Positions 51,522-64,000 of a DNA stretch of 64,000 nt are shown piece by piece. The notes below the pieces were generated by a model. The model was not told the origin of the DNA, searched no databases, and saw only the letters and a list, made by a program, of their open reading frames with translations. The position numbers were made by a program, and so were the translations under genes. The first letter of the stretch is position 1. The number at the start of each line of letters is the position of its first letter. Location: assembly GCA_963788195.1 (NCBI GenBank), contig CAWBGA010000013.1, forward strand, positions 320,001-384,000, in the 5' to 3' direction. This DNA comes from Nitrospirota bacterium. Its GTDB lineage: Bacteria > Nitrospirota > Nitrospiria > Nitrospirales > NS-4.

Positions 51522-53750
51522 TTGTATTTCCTCGCAGCGATCGTCGGCGCGAGCATAGTATCTATGCTGGTTGATCCGACGCAACACTTCCTGGGATGGC
51601 TGCTTTCCGTCTCAGTGATCATAGCGTTACTGCTCGGGGTCGGCGAATACGTTAGGGCGAGGTTCCTGAAGCGCGAGGTTAAAGAGGTCGGCGCGTCAGA
51701 ACTTTCCCCTCACGCGCACAACCTGGAGGCAGACGAGCCTTTCCGGGCTGTCGCCGAAACGGCCAGCGACGGCATCATATCGGCCGACGAGAATGGAGAT
51801 ATCATCTACTGGAATCCCGCTGCCGAGAAGATCTTTGGATACTCGATGGCACAGGCGCGTGGACGATCGCTTACGCTTCTTATGCCGGAACGACTGCGCA
51901 AAGCTCATCAGGAGGGAATGAAGCGAGTGGTCGCGCAGGGCGAGTCCCGGCTGCTCGGAAAAGTGGTTGAATTAACCGGACTAAAGAAAGACGGGAGGGA
52001 GTTCCCCTTAGAGCTTTCGCTTTCAACCTGGACGACATCAGAACGTCGAGGCTTCACGGGGATCGTTCGCGATATCACCCTCCGCAAACAACTCGAACGA
52101 CGCATGACCGCTGAGCATGCGGTGACTCGATTTTTGGCTGAGTCTCCCACGCTTGGGGAAGTGGCCCCGAAAATCCTACAGGCGATCTGCGAAAGCCTGG
52201 GATGGGAAATGGGCGCTTTTTGGCGTGTCGACCAGGAGGGCGATGTTATCCGCTGCAGCGATGTCTGGCATTCTCCGTCGGTCAACGTTGCGAAGTTTAC
52301 AGAATTCAGCAAGCAGACCGTCTTTACTCGGGGACTCGGACTGCCCGGTCGGGTCTGGGCCAGTGGGGAGCCATCCTGGATCACCGACGTACTGCAGGAT
52401 GCCAACTTCCCACGTGCGCCGATTGCCGCGAGAGAAGGCCTTCACGGAGCGCTCTGTTTCCCGATTCGAAGGGCAGGCTTGGTGCTGGGGGTCATGGAGT
52501 TCTTCAGTCGAAAAATCCAGGAGCCAGACGACGGCCTACTACAGATGCTCGCCGCCATTGGTAGCCAGATCGGTCAATTTATGGAGCGCAAGCGGGCAGA
52601 GGAGCAGATCAGCTCTCTCAAAGAATATGTCCAAATGATCCTCGATAGCGTGCCGGATCCCATTGTCATTCTCAATCAGGATGCGCAAGTTCAATACATC
52701 AATAGAGCCTCGTACAAGGTGTTTAACCTGTATCCATCTGATGTGAAACACCGTCCGCTGTTCGACCTGCTCAAGGTCGATGTGTCCACCCGGGAGGAAT
52801 TGCGCAGCGAACTCGGAAGCTATGCAAAAAGCAGGCAGCAGCAACCTGTCCTTGCTGCGGATTATGGGACGGACGTGCCGCTTCGAGACCCGCTTGCTCC
52901 TCAAAAAAACATGAGCGAGAGGCATCACCGCAAGGAGATCAAGTTTGGACGGCGCACATATCATTACACCTGTTTTCCTGTCGAGGGGCATTCGGATGAG
53001 GGGAAATTGACGGGCCTTGTGCTTCGGGACACCACAGAAGAGAGCAGCCTCCAGGACCAACTCATTCAGGCTGAGAAACTGGCGGGGATTGCCCTGCTTA
53101 CCTCCGGTCTCGGCCACGAGCTGAATAATCCCCTCTATAGCGTGTTAGGACTAAGCGAGGCGATTATCGATGAACATGATGCCGCCATCATGAAGGAACA
53201 TGCCAAAGTTATCGTAGAGGAAGCCAGGCGCATGGGCCGAATCATAAAGGATCTCACCGGCCGGAGCGCAATTGAAGCGAGCGATCTGCGGGTGGAGGTG
53301 GACGTCAACGAGCAGTTGAATTATGCGTTAGGCTTGACATTGCCCGTGCCACCAGACAAAAACCTCCAAGTGGAAAAAAGGCTTGCTGCGACGCGCAAAA
53401 TTTGGGCAAATCCTTTCGAGGTACGTCAAGTGTTTGTGAATATTATTAGCAATGCCATTCAGGCCATGAAGGGGAATGGGACGCTGGAGCTTGCGAGCGA
53501 CATTAATGATGGAGACGGTATGGTGAGAATCATAATTCGGGACTCAGGGCCCGGCATTGCCGCTCCGCATGTGTCTAAAATTTTCGATCCCTTCTTTACG
53601 ACAAAGAAGCAGGGAGAAGGGACAGGTCTTGGACTCACCATTGCCCATCGGATAGTCACAAAGCACGCTGGACAGATTCAGGTTGACACCCATGAACCGG
53701 AGGGGACGACATTTACCATAACGTTCCCGCTGATGGACACCACGACGTAG
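51522..53750 (+). CDS. membrane PAS-GAF-PAS histidine kinase (NtrB-type)
   Basis: 2 TM; PAS; GAF (GLGLPGRVW); GLGHELNNPL; FDPFFTTK..GTGLGL. Confidence 0.9.
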   Translation: MYFLAAIVGASIVSMLVDPTQHFLGWLLSVSVIIALLLGVGEYVRARFLKREVKEVGASELSPHAHNLEADEPFRAVAETASDGIISADENGDIIYWNPAAEKIFGYSMAQARGRSLTLLMPERLRKAHQEGMKRVVAQGESRLLGKVVELTGLKKDGREFPLELSLSTWTTSERRGFTGIVRDITLRKQLERRMTAEHAVTRFLAESPTLGEVAPKILQAICESLGWEMGAFWRVDQEGDVIRCSDVWHSPSVNVAKFTEFSKQTVFTRGLGLPGRVWASGEPSWITDVLQDANFPRAPIAAREGLHGALCFPIRRAGLVLGVMEFFSRKIQEPDDGLLQMLAAIGSQIGQFMERKRAEEQISSLKEYVQMILDSVPDPIVILNQDAQVQYINRASYKVFNLYPSDVKHRPLFDLLKVDVSTREELRSELGSYAKSRQQQPVLAADYGTDVPLRDPLAPQKNMSERHHRKEIKFGRRTYHYTCFPVEGHSDEGKLTGLVLRDTTEESSLQDQLIQAEKLAGIALLTSGLGHELNNPLYSVLGLSEAIIDEHDAAIMKEHAKVIVEEARRMGRIIKDLTGRSAIEASDLRVEVDVNEQLNYALGLTLPVPPDKNLQVEKRLAATRKIWANPFEVRQVFVNIISNAIQAMKGNGTLELASDINDGDGMVRIIIRDSGPGIAAPHVSKIFDPFFTTKKQGEGTGLGLTIAHRIVTKHAGQIQVDTHEPEGTTFTITFPLMDTTT

Positions 53751-53759
53751 TGTGAGAAT

Positions 53760-55016
53760 CTACGGGGAGAGGACAGGAGGACGCAGCGGAAGGCGAAGAT
53801 GAAATGACGTCCCGACGCCTTCTACGCTGTCGACTGAGATCTGACCACCGTGCGCGTCCACCACGTCTTTTATGATCTTTGTGCCGAGGCCCGTCCCGCC
53901 GGGTTTCCGACTGATGGCGCGACCCGTAAAGAGGCTGTCGCGGATCTCGGGCGGCATGCCCCGCCCGGTATCGATCACTGAAATGACAATAAAGTCCGTT
54001 TCCGTCGCGATACGACCGCGGATCGTGATAGAGCCGCCGGGGGACACCTCTGAAATGGCGTTGTTGATCAAGTTATACAGGGCGTTGTACAGACGCTGTT
54101 CATCGGCCAGGATTGCGGGCAAGGCGTCAAGTCCTTCGCAGCGCAACGAGATGCTTTTTTCTTCCGCTACCATGCGCAGGGTCTCCAAGACGTTCTGTGA
54201 CACCGTCATGAGACGACATTTCTCGAAGCGTGGAGGACAACTCAGCCCCTTTACGCAGTCACCTATTTCCTTGACGCGATCCTGAATACGCCTTGCAGCG
54301 TTCCGCAGCATTCCGAGGACCATGTAGCATCGTTCCGATGCTTTCTCATCGTGGGGAGTCGGCACCCGGCTCAGAAGCGAATCCAGCTCTTCATGAAGGA
54401 TCCCGGCTCCCATAATGACAGGGGCCAACATATTCCTTACATCGTGACCGATATCGCCGAGCAGCCGCACGACTTCAGCGAGCTTCGCGTCTTCATAGAG
54501 GCGGGCCTGCTCAATGGCGGTCGCCGTCAAGGATGAAATGATCGTTAGGATGGAAAGGTCGTCTTTATCAAGCTTTCCTTTGCGTTTATTCAGTACGGTA
54601 AGGACGCCAATAGGCTCGCCCTCCCATCGTTTCAGCGGAAGCGTGATCATGTCGCGGGTCGAGTAGCCGGTGAGATCATCTATGCCGGCGAAATGACGGG
54701 TGTCGGCCTTCACATTTTCAATGACGGCGGGTTCCCCCGAATGGAACACAGCCCCCACAATGCCGTAATCCCAGGAGATTGCCGTGCCCGGCGCCACCGG
54801 TCTTACTCCGACAGAATATTGAAAGATTAATTGTCGGGATTCTGAATTGGCAAGGAGCAGGGATCCGGCCTCCGCCCCCACTACCTCCAATGCCGTGTGT
54901 AAAGCGTTTTCGATGAGTTTATCAACACGTGTGTGCTGAAACAGGGCTTCGCTGATCCGTCGGGCAGCCTCTAGTTCACGCTCCTTCTGAAATAGTCGTT
55001 GAGCCTGGGTACTCAC
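53760..55016 (-). CDS. GAF-domain histidine kinase (copy 3)
   Basis: same architecture; GHDVRNML. Confidence 0.9.
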   Translation of the reverse strand: MSTQAQRLFQKERELEAARRISEALFQHTRVDKLIENALHTALEVVGAEAGSLLLANSESRQLIFQYSVGVRPVAPGTAISWDYGIVGAVFHSGEPAVIENVKADTRHFAGIDDLTGYSTRDMITLPLKRWEGEPIGVLTVLNKRKGKLDKDDLSILTIISSLTATAIEQARLYEDAKLAEVVRLLGDIGHDVRNMLAPVIMGAGILHEELDSLLSRVPTPHDEKASERCYMVLGMLRNAARRIQDRVKEIGDCVKGLSCPPRFEKCRLMTVSQNVLETLRMVAEEKSISLRCEGLDALPAILADEQRLYNALYNLINNAISEVSPGGSITIRGRIATETDFIVISVIDTGRGMPPEIRDSLFTGRAISRKPGGTGLGTKIIKDVVDAHGGQISVDSVEGVGTSFHLRLPLRPPVLSP

Positions 55017-55258
55017 CCTTTTCGTTTCACGACGCAGTCCATAGAGACTATTTCAGTCCCACCCGGCTGTGTTTGGGAGGGACAGTTTCTTCATACGGAG
55101 CCCGAGCTCTCCCACGAGCCAAACGGGTATACTAGTCTAGACGTTTTTCAATTGAATAGGGAACATTTTATCCTTGCAAAAACCCTTAGTTGGGAGCACC
55201 GTAGTGAAGCTCGTCCTATGGCTGCTTTGGTTATATCGGAAGGTACCACCCAGTCCTA

Positions 55259-55627
55259 TTGCACCCGCCCGCCAAGCCGAGCTTGCTCGACCACTACACC
55301 CGGCCCACCCCAGAACTCGCCATTGCACCCTCCCCAGCCTGGAGACCCCTTGTACAGGAAGGCAAAGGGTGCCTCGGACAAACTCCTTTGCCCTATTACA
55401 CCCGCCCGCCCTGGAGTTTCATTTCACCCGCCCACCCCAAGCCTGCCAAGACAGGCTTTTGTCCCGTGGGACAAACTCCTTTGCCCCTGGACGAGTTCGT
55501 CTCGCCCATGGGCCTGATGATTATTTTGAGGCCGCCGGGGATAGTTTCTCTGCTCTTTGTTTTGCCTTTTGCACCCGCCCACCCCGGCGCTGCCAGGACA
55601 GCGCCTTGTCCCGTGGCACCCGCCGCG
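55259..55627 (+). repeat. cluster of the same 48-bp repeat family, including a nested pair
   Basis: units 55422-55469 (inside GGAGTTT...AAACTCC) and 55569-55616, plus fragments. Confidence 0.88.
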
Positions 55628-55712
55628 CCGCGGGCCTGCCGGGTCTGAGCCGTGGCCCCATGAGACAATCCAAAAACACAGGCGGCCTTCGATCTAAGAG
55701 GGGAGCCGAAGC

Positions 55713-58700
55713 GTGCTGGTGAGCCGTAAAACCTTCCTCGGAAACACGCTCCATTTTCTCTCAAGCTTTGGGAGCAATGGCGGGGGACCATCGTACGCAG
55801 GTGACGATTTACCGCCTCTGAGGTCGGAACTTTTCAGCGCGGACCAAATGGAGCAGCACGGCAAGACCCTGGCAGGCCAGCACACATTGAGTACGCAGAG
55901 CGTACGTGACGAACTGCTGCCGCGATTGGCCGACAACGAACGGGTTCTGCTTCGAGTGCACAACCTTCTGGCAGAGGCCGTCAAGGCGAATCGCCGGATT
56001 ACGCCAGCAGGAGAATGGCTACTGGATAATTTCTATCTGATTGAAGAGCAGATCCGGATGGCTAAAAGACATCTGCCTAAGGTGTATAGCCGGGAACTTC
56101 CCCGTCTGCTCAATGGGCCGTCGGCCGGGCTTCCCCGCGTGTATGACATTGCCCTTGAGACAATCTCCCATGGCGACGGAAGAGTCGATCCAGAGAGTCT
56201 CGGCAGTGTCGTGGCCGCGTACCAGACCGTCAGCCTCCTGAAGTTAGGCGAATTGTGGGCTATCCCTATCATGCTACGTCTCGCCCTGATCGAGAATCTT
56301 CGCCGCGCGGGCGCTCGCATTGCCGCAAACAGAATCGACCGAAATCTTGCCGACCACTGGGCGGACCAGATGTTGGAAGTCGCGGCGAAGGATGCGAAGA
56401 GTTTGATCCTCGTGATTGCAGACATGGCCCGTTCGAACCCCCCCATGGGCAGTTCGTTTGTCGCGGAGTTTGCCCGTCGGTTACAAGGACAGAGCCCGGC
56501 TTTATCCTTGCCGCTAACGTGGATCGAGCAGCAATTGTCCGAGTCTGGATTGACGATTGATCTGCTGGTGCAGTCGGAAAATCAACAACAGGCCGCGGAC
56601 CAGGTCTCCATCAGTAACAGCATCGGCAGTCTCCGATTTTTGGGAGCGATGGATTGGCGCGAGTTTGTCGAGACCATGAGCGTGGTCGAACGTACCTTGC
56701 GTCAGGATATGGGCGGCGTCTACGGCAAGATGGATTTTGCCACGCGAGATCAATACCGTCATGTCGTAGAGAAGATTGCCAAAAACGCTCGGTTATCCGA
56801 AGCCGAGGTCGCGCACAAGGCGATTCAACTGGCGAACGACGCCGTTTTAAAAGGTGGGCGTGCCAACCGTGCGGCCCACGTCGGGTTCTATCTAATTGAT
56901 AAGGGTTTGGAACAGCTTGAACTGGCGCTGCAACCCCGGCGCCCTAGGGTCGATGTCCTTCGCAGTATAGCCGCGCGCTCTCCCCTTTCTATTTATCTAG
57001 GCGGCATCCTGCTTCTGACTGCGATCGTTGCCGGGTGGTTTGTCGCAGAGGCGCATGCCGGAGGGGTATCCGGCTGGTTGCTCCTGCTGGTCGGCGTCGT
57101 GTCCGGTGTATGCGCCAGTCATCTAGCCGTCGCGTTGGTGAATTGGGTGGCAACGTTAGTCGTGACACCGGATCACTTGCCACGAATGAATTTATCACAA
57201 GGGATTCCGGCTGAGTTACGCACGCTCGTCGTGGTCCCGACGATGCTCCTGAGCGCCCAGGATATCGAGCACCAGGTAGAGGCGCTTGAAGTCAGATTCC
57301 TGGCGAATCGGGACGAAAATCTTCACTTCGGCCTGCTGACGGATTTTCGAGATGCGGACGAGGAGACGCTCCCCGAGGACGAACAGCTTTTGCAGTTGGC
57401 CCAAAACAGAATTGAAGAGCTGAACGAAAAGTATAAAGGAGCAAAGGCGGACACGTTTTTTCTTTTTCATCGACCGCGGCGCTGGAACGCTCAAGAGGAG
57501 ATGTGGATGGGGTACGAGCGTAAGCGCGGAAAGCTGGGTGATTTAAATTCGTTTTTGCGAGGCGGCTCTCAAGACCGTTTTGCCCGTATCGTCGGCAAGA
57601 CGGACGTGTTATCGAACGTCAAATATGTCATCACCCTTGATACGGATACGCAGCTGCCACGCGATGCCGCCCAGCAGTTCGTGGGCGCGATGGCCCATCC
57701 TCTGAATCGTCCGGAATATGACGAGGTCCAGCAGCGCGTGACTGAGGGATACGGCATCCTGCAGCCACGCGTGGCCGTAAGCCTCCCGAGCAAGGACCGG
57801 TCTCGGTATGCGCGGCTATGCGGAAGCGAGCCGGGCGTCGATCCTTATACCCGTGAGGTTTCGGACGTCTATCAGGACGTGTTCCGTGAAGGCTCGTTCA
57901 TCGGCAAGGGGATTTACGACGTTGATGCATTCGAGCGGGCCCTCAAAGCACGCTTTCCAGAGAATCGCATTCTCAGCCATGATCTGCTGGAAGGGTGTTA
58001 TGCGCGGGCGGGGCTCTTAAGCGATGTGCAGTTGTATGAGGAGTATCCGTCGCGTTACAGCACCGACATCAACCGCCGCCGTCGTTGGATTCATGGAGAC
58101 TGGCAGCTTGCGCCGTGGTTGCTTCCGCGAATCCCGGCAGTTGGGGGGCGGAGCCAGCGAAACTTACTCTCGGGCCTATCTCAATGGAAGATCTTTGATA
58201 ATCTGAGGCGCAGTCTTGTGCCTCCCGCCTTGACCCTTCTGTTGATCTTAGCGTGGACCTTCTTGTCCCCGGTTTGGTTTTGGACCCTGGCGGTGCTCGG
58301 CATCCTGCTGATGCCTTCTCTGATAGCCTCTATTCTGGACATACTTCGGAAGCCCCAGGATGTCCTCATGAGTCACCATATGGCTACAGCGCTCAGTTCG
58401 GCCGGCCGTCACGGTGCTCAGGCGCTGTTCATGCTGGTGTGTCTGCCCTATGAGGCGGCCGTCAGCCTGAATGCGATTGTGCGTACTGCCTGGCGCCTAC
58501 TGATCTCACAGAAACGACTTCTCGAATGGACTTTGTCGGGTCAGAAAGAACGCGATAGCCGCACCGACATCATCGCTTTTGGCCGGATGATGTCGGTCGC
58601 GCCGCTGACCGCCTCCGCTGTGGCCATGTATCTGGTGGTTGAGAGGCCGGCTGCCTTACCTGCGGCCGTTGCGATTCTTGTCCTGTGGTATGCGTCACCC

Positions 58701-61700
58701 GTTATTGCATGGTGGATGAGCCGGCCCGTGGTCCGGCGAAACACCCAGTTGACGGCGGAGCAGGAAGTTTTTCTCAGAAAGATCTCGCGCAAGACCTGGG
58801 CGTTCTTTGAAACCTTCGTCGGTCCTGAAGATCACTGGCTGCCGCCTGATAATTTTCAGGAACACCCTGTGCCCACGGTTGCGCACCGTACCTCGCCGAC
58901 GAACATGGGACTGGCGTTGCTCGCAAATCTCTCCGCTTACGACTTCGGATATATTTCAGCCGGACAGCTGATCGAGCGCACGACGAATGCACTGCACACG
59001 ATGGATGCGCTCGAACGGCACCGGGGCCATTTCTATAACTGGTACGACACGCAGTCCCTGAAGCCACTCTTGCCACTGTACGTCTCCACAGTGGATAGCG
59101 GGAATCTTGGAGGACATCTCCTGACATTACGGGCAGGTCTGCTCGCTCTGGCTGATGACAAGATCGTGGCAAGCCAATTCCTAAACGGTCTCAGCGATAT
59201 GGTCGGGATATTAGTCGACACTGCCGGGGGGCATGAAGCCGCCGCGTTGGATGCCTTTAGTGAGGACCTCGAGCTCGCGCGCGCCTCGCCACCGGCCACG
59301 CTGGCCGCCGCGCGCTCCTGCCTCGACACGTTGGCCGCGCGCGCGTTGGAGCTGGCCCAGGCAGCCGATGCCGGACCCGACGACGAAGGCAAGGGCTGGG
59401 CGCAGGCGCTTGTCCTGCAGTGCCGGAACATGCAGGATGAACTGACGTGGCTCGCTCCCTGGACGACGATCACCGGCTCTCACGGCCCGCTGGGCGAATT
59501 TCTCGGCACTCTTGAAATCCCGTCGCTGCGTGAATTGACCGGCCTGGAGATGCAGGTGCCAGCCTCGCTCGAGGCGCCGCCCGACGCGGCGGCGACGGCG
59601 GAGGAAAGCGAGTTGCGGCAACTAGTGGCGGTAGCAGGTTCCCGCGCTAGGGCCAGGATCGCGGCCATCGAACACCTCGCAGCGCAATCCGCCGAATTCG
59701 CCAGTATCGAATATGACTTTCTCTTCGACAGAGCCCGGCACTTGCTGGCCATTGGTTACAATGTCAGCGAGCGACGCAGCGACGCAAGTTACTACGATTT
59801 GCTCGCCTCGGAAGCGCGACTCTGTAGCTTTGTGGCGATTGCCCAGGGGCAGCTCCCGCAGCAGAGCTGGTTTGCGCTGGGACGTCTGCTGACCACCGCG
59901 GGTGGAAATCCCGTCCTCGTTTCATGGAGCGGTTCGATGTTTGAGTATCTCATGCCGCTCTTGATCATGCCGACGTATGAAAATACGCTGCTTGACCAAA
60001 CCTATAGAGCGGCCGTCGACGCACAGATTCAGTATGGGAGACAGCGCGGCACGCTGTGGGGCATGTCCGAATCCGGCTACAACACGATTGATGTTCACCA
60101 CAACTACCAGTATCGCGCGTTCGGCGTGCCGGGGCTGGGGTTGAAACGGGGACTGGGCGAGGATCTGGTGATTGCGCCTTACGCGTCGGCACTCGCTCTC
60201 ATGGTCGATCCTGAGGAGGCCTGTCTTAATCTGGAGCGATTGGCCGAGAGAGGTTTTGAAGGGCAATACGGGTTCTATGAAGCAATCGACTATACCCCGT
60301 CCCGCCTTCCACGGGGCAAGTCAAGCGCGATCATCCGATCATTTATGGCACATCACCAGGGCATGACCTTGCTTTCCCTGGCCTATGTGCTTCTCGACCG
60401 TCCGATGCAAAAACGATTTCAATCGGATCGGTTGTTTCAGGCCACGACTCTATTGCTCCAGGAACGCATTCCGAAGGCTACGCCGTTTTACTCGCATACG
60501 GCCGAGCTCTTCGACTTGTCGACAACTTCGAGTGGGCCCCAGTCGCCGGTCCGCGTATTTACCACGCCGAACACCCCGGTCCCCGAGGTACAGCTATTGT
60601 CGAACGGCAGATACCATGTCATGGCCACGAACGCCGGCGGCGGTTACAGTCGTTGGAAGGACATCGCCGTCACACGCTGGCGTGAGGACAGCACCTGTGA
60701 CAACAGCGGCACCTTTTGCTACATCCGCGACGTGACGACAGGGGAGGTCTGGTCAACGACGTATCAACCGACCCTTAAGAAGGTGAAAAGTTATGAGGCT
60801 ATTTTCTCCGAGGGGCGTGCGGAGTTCCGTTGCCACCACCAGGGCCTTGAAACGCACATGGAGATCGCAGTGTCGCCGGAGGATGACATCGAGTTGCGAC
60901 GAGTCAGGTTGACGAACGCCTCGCGCGGCCGCAGGGTGATCGATATCACGAGTTACGCCGAGGTGGTTCTCGCATCGCCGGTGGCCGACGCGCTGCATCC
61001 GGCGTTCAGTAATCTATTCGTTCAGACGGAGGTTCTGCCCCAGCGACAGGCGATCCTCTGCACGCGCAGGCCACGGTCTTCCGACGAGCGGACGCCATGG
61101 ATGCTTCACCTGATGGCCGTGCACGGGACCACTCCTGCGGGCATCTCGTACGAGACGGATCGCATGCGGTTTATCGGGCGCGGCAATACGCTGGTCAATC
61201 CCCAAGCCCTCAGAGATTCGGAGGAGCTCTCGGGCACTCAGGGATCCGTGCTGGATCCGATCGTCGCCATCCGCTGCCGGATCATATTGGAACCAGACGA
61301 GACGGCCACGATCAATATCGTGTCCGGCATCGCCGAAACACGTGATATCTGCCTGGGGCTCGTTGAAAAATATCAGGATCGGCGCCTGGCCGATCGCGTG
61401 CTGGATTTGGCATGGACGCATAGCCAGGTCGTCTTAAGGCAGATCAATGCTACGGAGGCCGACGCGCAACTTTACGGCCGTCTTGCCGGTTCTGTTCTAT
61501 ATCCCAGTCCGGTGCTTCGCGCCGAGGCCGCCGTGCTCACCAAGAACCGCCGCGGACAATCCGGGCTCTGGGGCTATGCCATTTCGGGCGATCTCCCGAT
61601 CGTCCTCTTGCGTATAGGAGACCAGGCGAACATCGATCTCGTGCGTCAACTGGTCCAAGCTCACGCGTACTGGCGATTAAAAGGCCTGTCGGTCGATCTG

Positions 61701-64000
61701 GTGATTTGGAATGAGGATCACGCCGGGTACCGGCAATTATTACATGACCAAATCATGGGGCTCATTGCCGCGTGGATTGGGGCCAACGCGACAGATCGAC
61801 CGGGGGGCATCTTTGTCAGGCCTGAAGAGCAGATATCGAACGAGGACCGCGTTCTGATCCAGACGGTTGCCCGCGCCATCATCATCGACAGCGCGGGAAC
61901 CCTTGCGGACCAGATCAGCCGTCGCAGTCCGGCGGAGACCATGGTCCCTCGTTTCACTCCCACCCGTGCGCTTCGAGCCGAGCCTTCATCAGGCGGAGAG
62001 GCGCCTCGACGTGATCTGCTGTTCTTCAATGGACTGGGAGGGTTCACTCCCGATGGGCGCGAGTACGTCATTACGACGACCCGCGAACATATAACGCCGG
62101 CTCCCTGGGTGAATATCCTGGCGAATGCGGAATTCGGAACCGTCATCTCGGAGAACGGCGTGGGCTATACCTGGAGTGAGAATGCCCACGAGTTCCGTCT
62201 GACTCCATGGCATAACGATCCGGTGACCGATTGCAGCGGGGAGGCCTTTTACCTCCGCGACGAGGAGAGTGGGCAGTTCTGGTCACCCATGCCGCTGCCG
62301 AGTCGAGGATCCGGCGCATACGTCAGCCGCCATGGTTTTGGCTACAGTGTGTTTGAGCACACAGAGGCGGGCATCAGTACCGAGTTGTGGGTGTATGTCG
62401 GTCAGGATGTCTCTATCAAATACACTGTGGTCAAGGTGCGAAACACATCCGGGCGGGCTCGCCGCCTTTCTGTGACAGGATACGTGGAATGGGTGTTGGC
62501 GGATCTGCGGCCAAAATCGACCATGCATGTGGTCACCGAGATCGACGCGAAGACCGGAGCGCTCCTGGCACGAAATTCCTACAATTCAGAATTTCCAGAT
62601 CGGACGGCGTTTTTTCACCTGAATGAAGCGACGCGCACGGTGACGGGCGACCGGACTGAATTTCTTGGTCGTAATGGAACCCTCATGAGTCCGGCGGCCA
62701 TGACCCGTGGGCGACTTTCAGGCAAGGTCGGGGCGGCGTTGGATCCCTGCGGAGCGCTCCAGGTTACTTTCGATTTGGCCGACGGGCAGGAGCGTGAATT
62801 AGTCTTCATGCTGGGCGTTGGCAGAAATGCGGAGAATGCCCGCGACCTGCTCCAGCGCTACCGCGGATCTCAGGCCGCGCGTGACGCCCTTGAAATGGTG
62901 TGGCAGTACTGGAAGCATACCCTCGGGGCCGTGCATGTGGAAACCCCTGACAAGTCTTTGAATCTGCTGATGAACGGCTGGCTCATTTACCAGACCCTGG
63001 CATGCCGTTTTTGGGGGCGGAGCGGATACTACCAGTCAGGCGGCGCGTTCGGCTTCCGTGATCAATTACAGGACGTTATGGCGCTCATCCATGCTCAGCC
63101 GTCTCTCGTGCGCGAACACCTCTTACGCTGCGCGGCACGTCAGTTTCAAGAGGGCGATGTTCAACATTGGTGGCATCCCCCGTTAGGCCGGGGGGTGCGC
63201 ACCCGGTGTTCGGATGATTACCTTTGGTTGCCGTTGGCAACCAGTCGGTACGTGTTAACCACCGGCGATCTCGGGGTGCTGGATGAGGCCGTTCCGTTCG
63301 TCGAAGGCCGTCCGGTGAATATGGACGAAGATTCGTATTACGATCTGCCGAGCCAACCCGAGAAAGAGGCCACTCTCTATGAACACTGTGTTCGTGCCGT
63401 ATTAAATGGCCTCAAATTTGGGGAGCGGGGTCTGCCTCTCATCGGCTCCGGTGACTGGAACGACGGTATGAACATCGTAGGAAAATACGGGAAAGGTGAA
63501 AGTGTTTGGTTGGGATTTTTCCTTTATGAAGTGCTTATCCAGTTTGCCGCGGTCGCGCGTCTGCGTCGTGACGTGTCGTGCGCTGAAGGTTGCGAGAGGG
63601 AAGCCGCGCGAGTGCGGGAGAACATTGAGCTTAACGCGTGGGATGGCGAATGGTATCGCCGAGCCTATTTTGATGATGGCACGCCGCTTGGATCAGCAGG
63701 CAACCTGGAATGTCAGATCGATTCGATTGCCCAGAGTTGGTCCGTTCTGTCCGGCGCAGCCGATCCCGAGCGCTCGCGCAGCGCCATGGAAGCGGTTGAC
63801 CGACGGCTGGTTCGACGCGAGAGTGGGCTGATTCAATTATTAGACCCGCCGTTCGATACGTCAGAGTTGAATCCGGGCTATATCAAAGGATATGTCCCCG
63901 GCGTGAGAGAGAATGGCGGGCAATATACGCATGCGGCCATCTGGGCGGCGATGGCGTTCGCTGCAGTGGGGGATAGCAAGCGCGCGTGGGAACTGCTGGG
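55713..64000 (+). CDS. ndvB: NdvB/Cgs-type cyclic beta-1,2-glucan synthase/phosphorylase (GT84-like + GH94); runs off the window, so missing from the ORF track
   Basis: [87 protein letters not shown]; same frame at both ends; GAGGGGAG RBS. Confidence 0.92.
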   Translation, partial: MLVSRKTFLGNTLHFLSSFGSNGGGPSYAGDDLPPLRSELFSADQMEQHGKTLAGQHTLSTQSVRDELLPRLADNERVLLRVHNLLAEAVKANRRITPAGEWLLDNFYLIEEQIRMAKRHLPKVYSRELPRLLNGPSAGLPRVYDIALETISHGDGRVDPESLGSVVAAYQTVSLLKLGELWAIPIMLRLALIENLRRAGARIAANRIDRNLADHWADQMLEVAAKDAKSLILVIADMARSNPPMGSSFVAEFARRLQGQSPALSLPLTWIEQQLSESGLTIDLLVQSENQQQAADQVSISNSIGSLRFLGAMDWREFVETMSVVERTLRQDMGGVYGKMDFATRDQYRHVVEKIAKNARLSEAEVAHKAIQLANDAVLKGGRANRAAHVGFYLIDKGLEQLELALQPRRPRVDVLRSIAARSPLSIYLGGILLLTAIVAGWFVAEAHAGGVSGWLLLLVGVVSGVCASHLAVALVNWVATLVVTPDHLPRMNLSQGIPAELRTLVVVPTMLLSAQDIEHQVEALEVRFLANRDENLHFGLLTDFRDADEETLPEDEQLLQLAQNRIEELNEKYKGAKADTFFLFHRPRRWNAQEEMWMGYERKRGKLGDLNSFLRGGSQDRFARIVGKTDVLSNVKYVITLDTDTQLPRDAAQQFVGAMAHPLNRPEYDEVQQRVTEGYGILQPRVAVSLPSKDRSRYARLCGSEPGVDPYTREVSDVYQDVFREGSFIGKGIYDVDAFERALKARFPENRILSHDLLEGCYARAGLLSDVQLYEEYPSRYSTDINRRRRWIHGDWQLAPWLLPRIPAVGGRSQRNLLSGLSQWKIFDNLRRSLVPPALTLLLILAWTFLSPVWFWTLAVLGILLMPSLIASILDILRKPQDVLMSHHMATALSSAGRHGAQALFMLVCLPYEAAVSLNAIVRTAWRLLISQKRLLEWTLSGQKERDSRTDIIAFGRMMSVAPLTASAVAMYLVVERPAALPAAVAILVLWYASPVIAWWMSRPVVRRNTQLTAEQEVFLRKISRKTWAFFETFVGPEDHWLPPDNFQEHPVPTVAHRTSPTNMGLALLANLSAYDFGYISAGQLIERTTNALHTMDALERHRGHFYNWYDTQSLKPLLPLYVSTVDSGNLGGHLLTLRAGLLALADDKIVASQFLNGLSDMVGILVDTAGGHEAAALDAFSEDLELARASPPATLAAARSCLDTLAARALELAQAADAGPDDEGKGWAQALVLQCRNMQDELTWLAPWTTITGSHGPLGEFLGTLEIPSLRELTGLEMQVPASLEAPPDAAATAEESELRQLVAVAGSRARARIAAIEHLAAQSAEFASIEYDFLFDRARHLLAIGYNVSERRSDASYYDLLASEARLCSFVAIAQGQLPQQSWFALGRLLTTAGGNPVLVSWSGSMFEYLMPLLIMPTYENTLLDQTYRAAVDAQIQYGRQRGTLWGMSESGYNTIDVHHNYQYRAFGVPGLGLKRGLGEDLVIAPYASALALMVDPEEACLNLERLAERGFEGQYGFYEAIDYTPSRLPRGKSSAIIRSFMAHHQGMTLLSLAYVLLDRPMQKRFQSDRLFQATTLLLQERIPKATPFYSHTAELFDLSTTSSGPQSPVRVFTTPNTPVPEVQLLSNGRYHVMATNAGGGYSRWKDIAVTRWREDSTCDNSGTFCYIRDVTTGEVWSTTYQPTLKKVKSYEAIFSEGRAEFRCHHQGLETHMEIAVSPEDDIELRRVRLTNASRGRRVIDITSYAEVVLASPVADALHPAFSNLFVQTEVLPQRQAILCTRRPRSSDERTPWMLHLMAVHGTTPAGISYETDRMRFIGRGNTLVNPQALRDSEELSGTQGSVLDPIVAIRCRIILEPDETATINIVSGIAETRDICLGLVEKYQDRRLADRVLDLAWTHSQVVLRQINATEADAQLYGRLAGSVLYPSPVLRAEAAVLTKNRRGQSGLWGYAISGDLPIVLLRIGDQANIDLVRQLVQAHAYWRLKGLSVDLVIWNEDHAGYRQLLHDQIMGLIAAWIGANATDRPGGIFVRPEEQISNEDRVLIQTVARAIIIDSAGTLADQISRRSPAETMVPRFTPTRALRAEPSSGGEAPRRDLLFFNGLGGFTPDGREYVITTTREHITPAPWVNILANAEFGTVISENGVGYTWSENAHEFRLTPWHNDPVTDCSGEAFYLRDEESGQFWSPMPLPSRGSGAYVSRHGFGYSVFEHTEAGISTELWVYVGQDVSIKYTVVKVRNTSGRARRLSVTGYVEWVLADLRPKSTMHVVTEIDAKTGALLARNSYNSEFPDRTAFFHLNEATRTVTGDRTEFLGRNGTLMSPAAMTRGRLSGKVGAALDPCGALQVTFDLADGQERELVFMLGVGRNAENARDLLQRYRGSQAARDALEMVWQYWKHTLGAVHVETPDKSLNLLMNGWLIYQTLACRFWGRSGYYQSGGAFGFRDQLQDVMALIHAQPSLVREHLLRCAARQFQEGDVQHWWHPPLGRGVRTRCSDDYLWLPLATSRYVLTTGDLGVLDEAVPFVEGRPVNMDEDSYYDLPSQPEKEATLYEHCVRAVLNGLKFGERGLPLIGSGDWNDGMNIVGKYGKGESVWLGFFLYEVLIQFAAVARLRRDVSCAEGCEREAARVRENIELNAWDGEWYRRAYFDDGTPLGSAGNLECQIDSIAQSWSVLSGAADPERSRSAMEAVDRRLVRRESGLIQLLDPPFDTSELNPGYIKGYVPGVRENGGQYTHAAIWAAMAFAAVGDSKRAWELL

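Noticed and set aside
55694..63831. the many short ORFs listed in this interval
   Set aside because: They are shadow frames of the long ndvB gene, which has no stop codon inside the window.

Overview
64 kb of a GC-rich bacterial chromosome. Nitrospirota is my inference from the folD-metF-panB-tRNA-Glu block, the orphan LuxR/GAF kinase families and the style of the small secreted proteins; it is not proven. The assembly carries many single-base indels, probably long-read errors. Left to right: NarL-type regulators, a GlcG/HbpS protein and a Spy/CpxP protein; an intact IS3 element inserted into a REP-like palindrome; a tandem-duplicated YbaL/CPA2 antiporter; an aldose epimerase; a SEC-C/N-acyltransferase; a broken filamentous-haemagglutinin gene; a multi-PAS kinase; an arsS radical SAM/CMD pair; folD-metF-panB-tRNA-Glu; a 1,174-bp integrase-free islet carrying one sigma54-driven type IV pilin between 42-bp tRNA-derived direct repeats; a vanadium haloperoxidase; a T2SS/T4P-like operon with a cohesin-bearing secretin that ends in a second pilin paralog; three paralogous GAF histidine kinases; and an NdvB/Cgs-type glucan gene running off the right end. 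The most unusual signal is a 48-bp intergenic repeat family in three clusters (about 43.8, 49.3-49.8 and 55.3-55.6 kb). Its copies keep four G-tracts and a 6-nt loop while the 6-8-bp hairpin stem covaries, and in at least two places one copy sits inside the loop of another.
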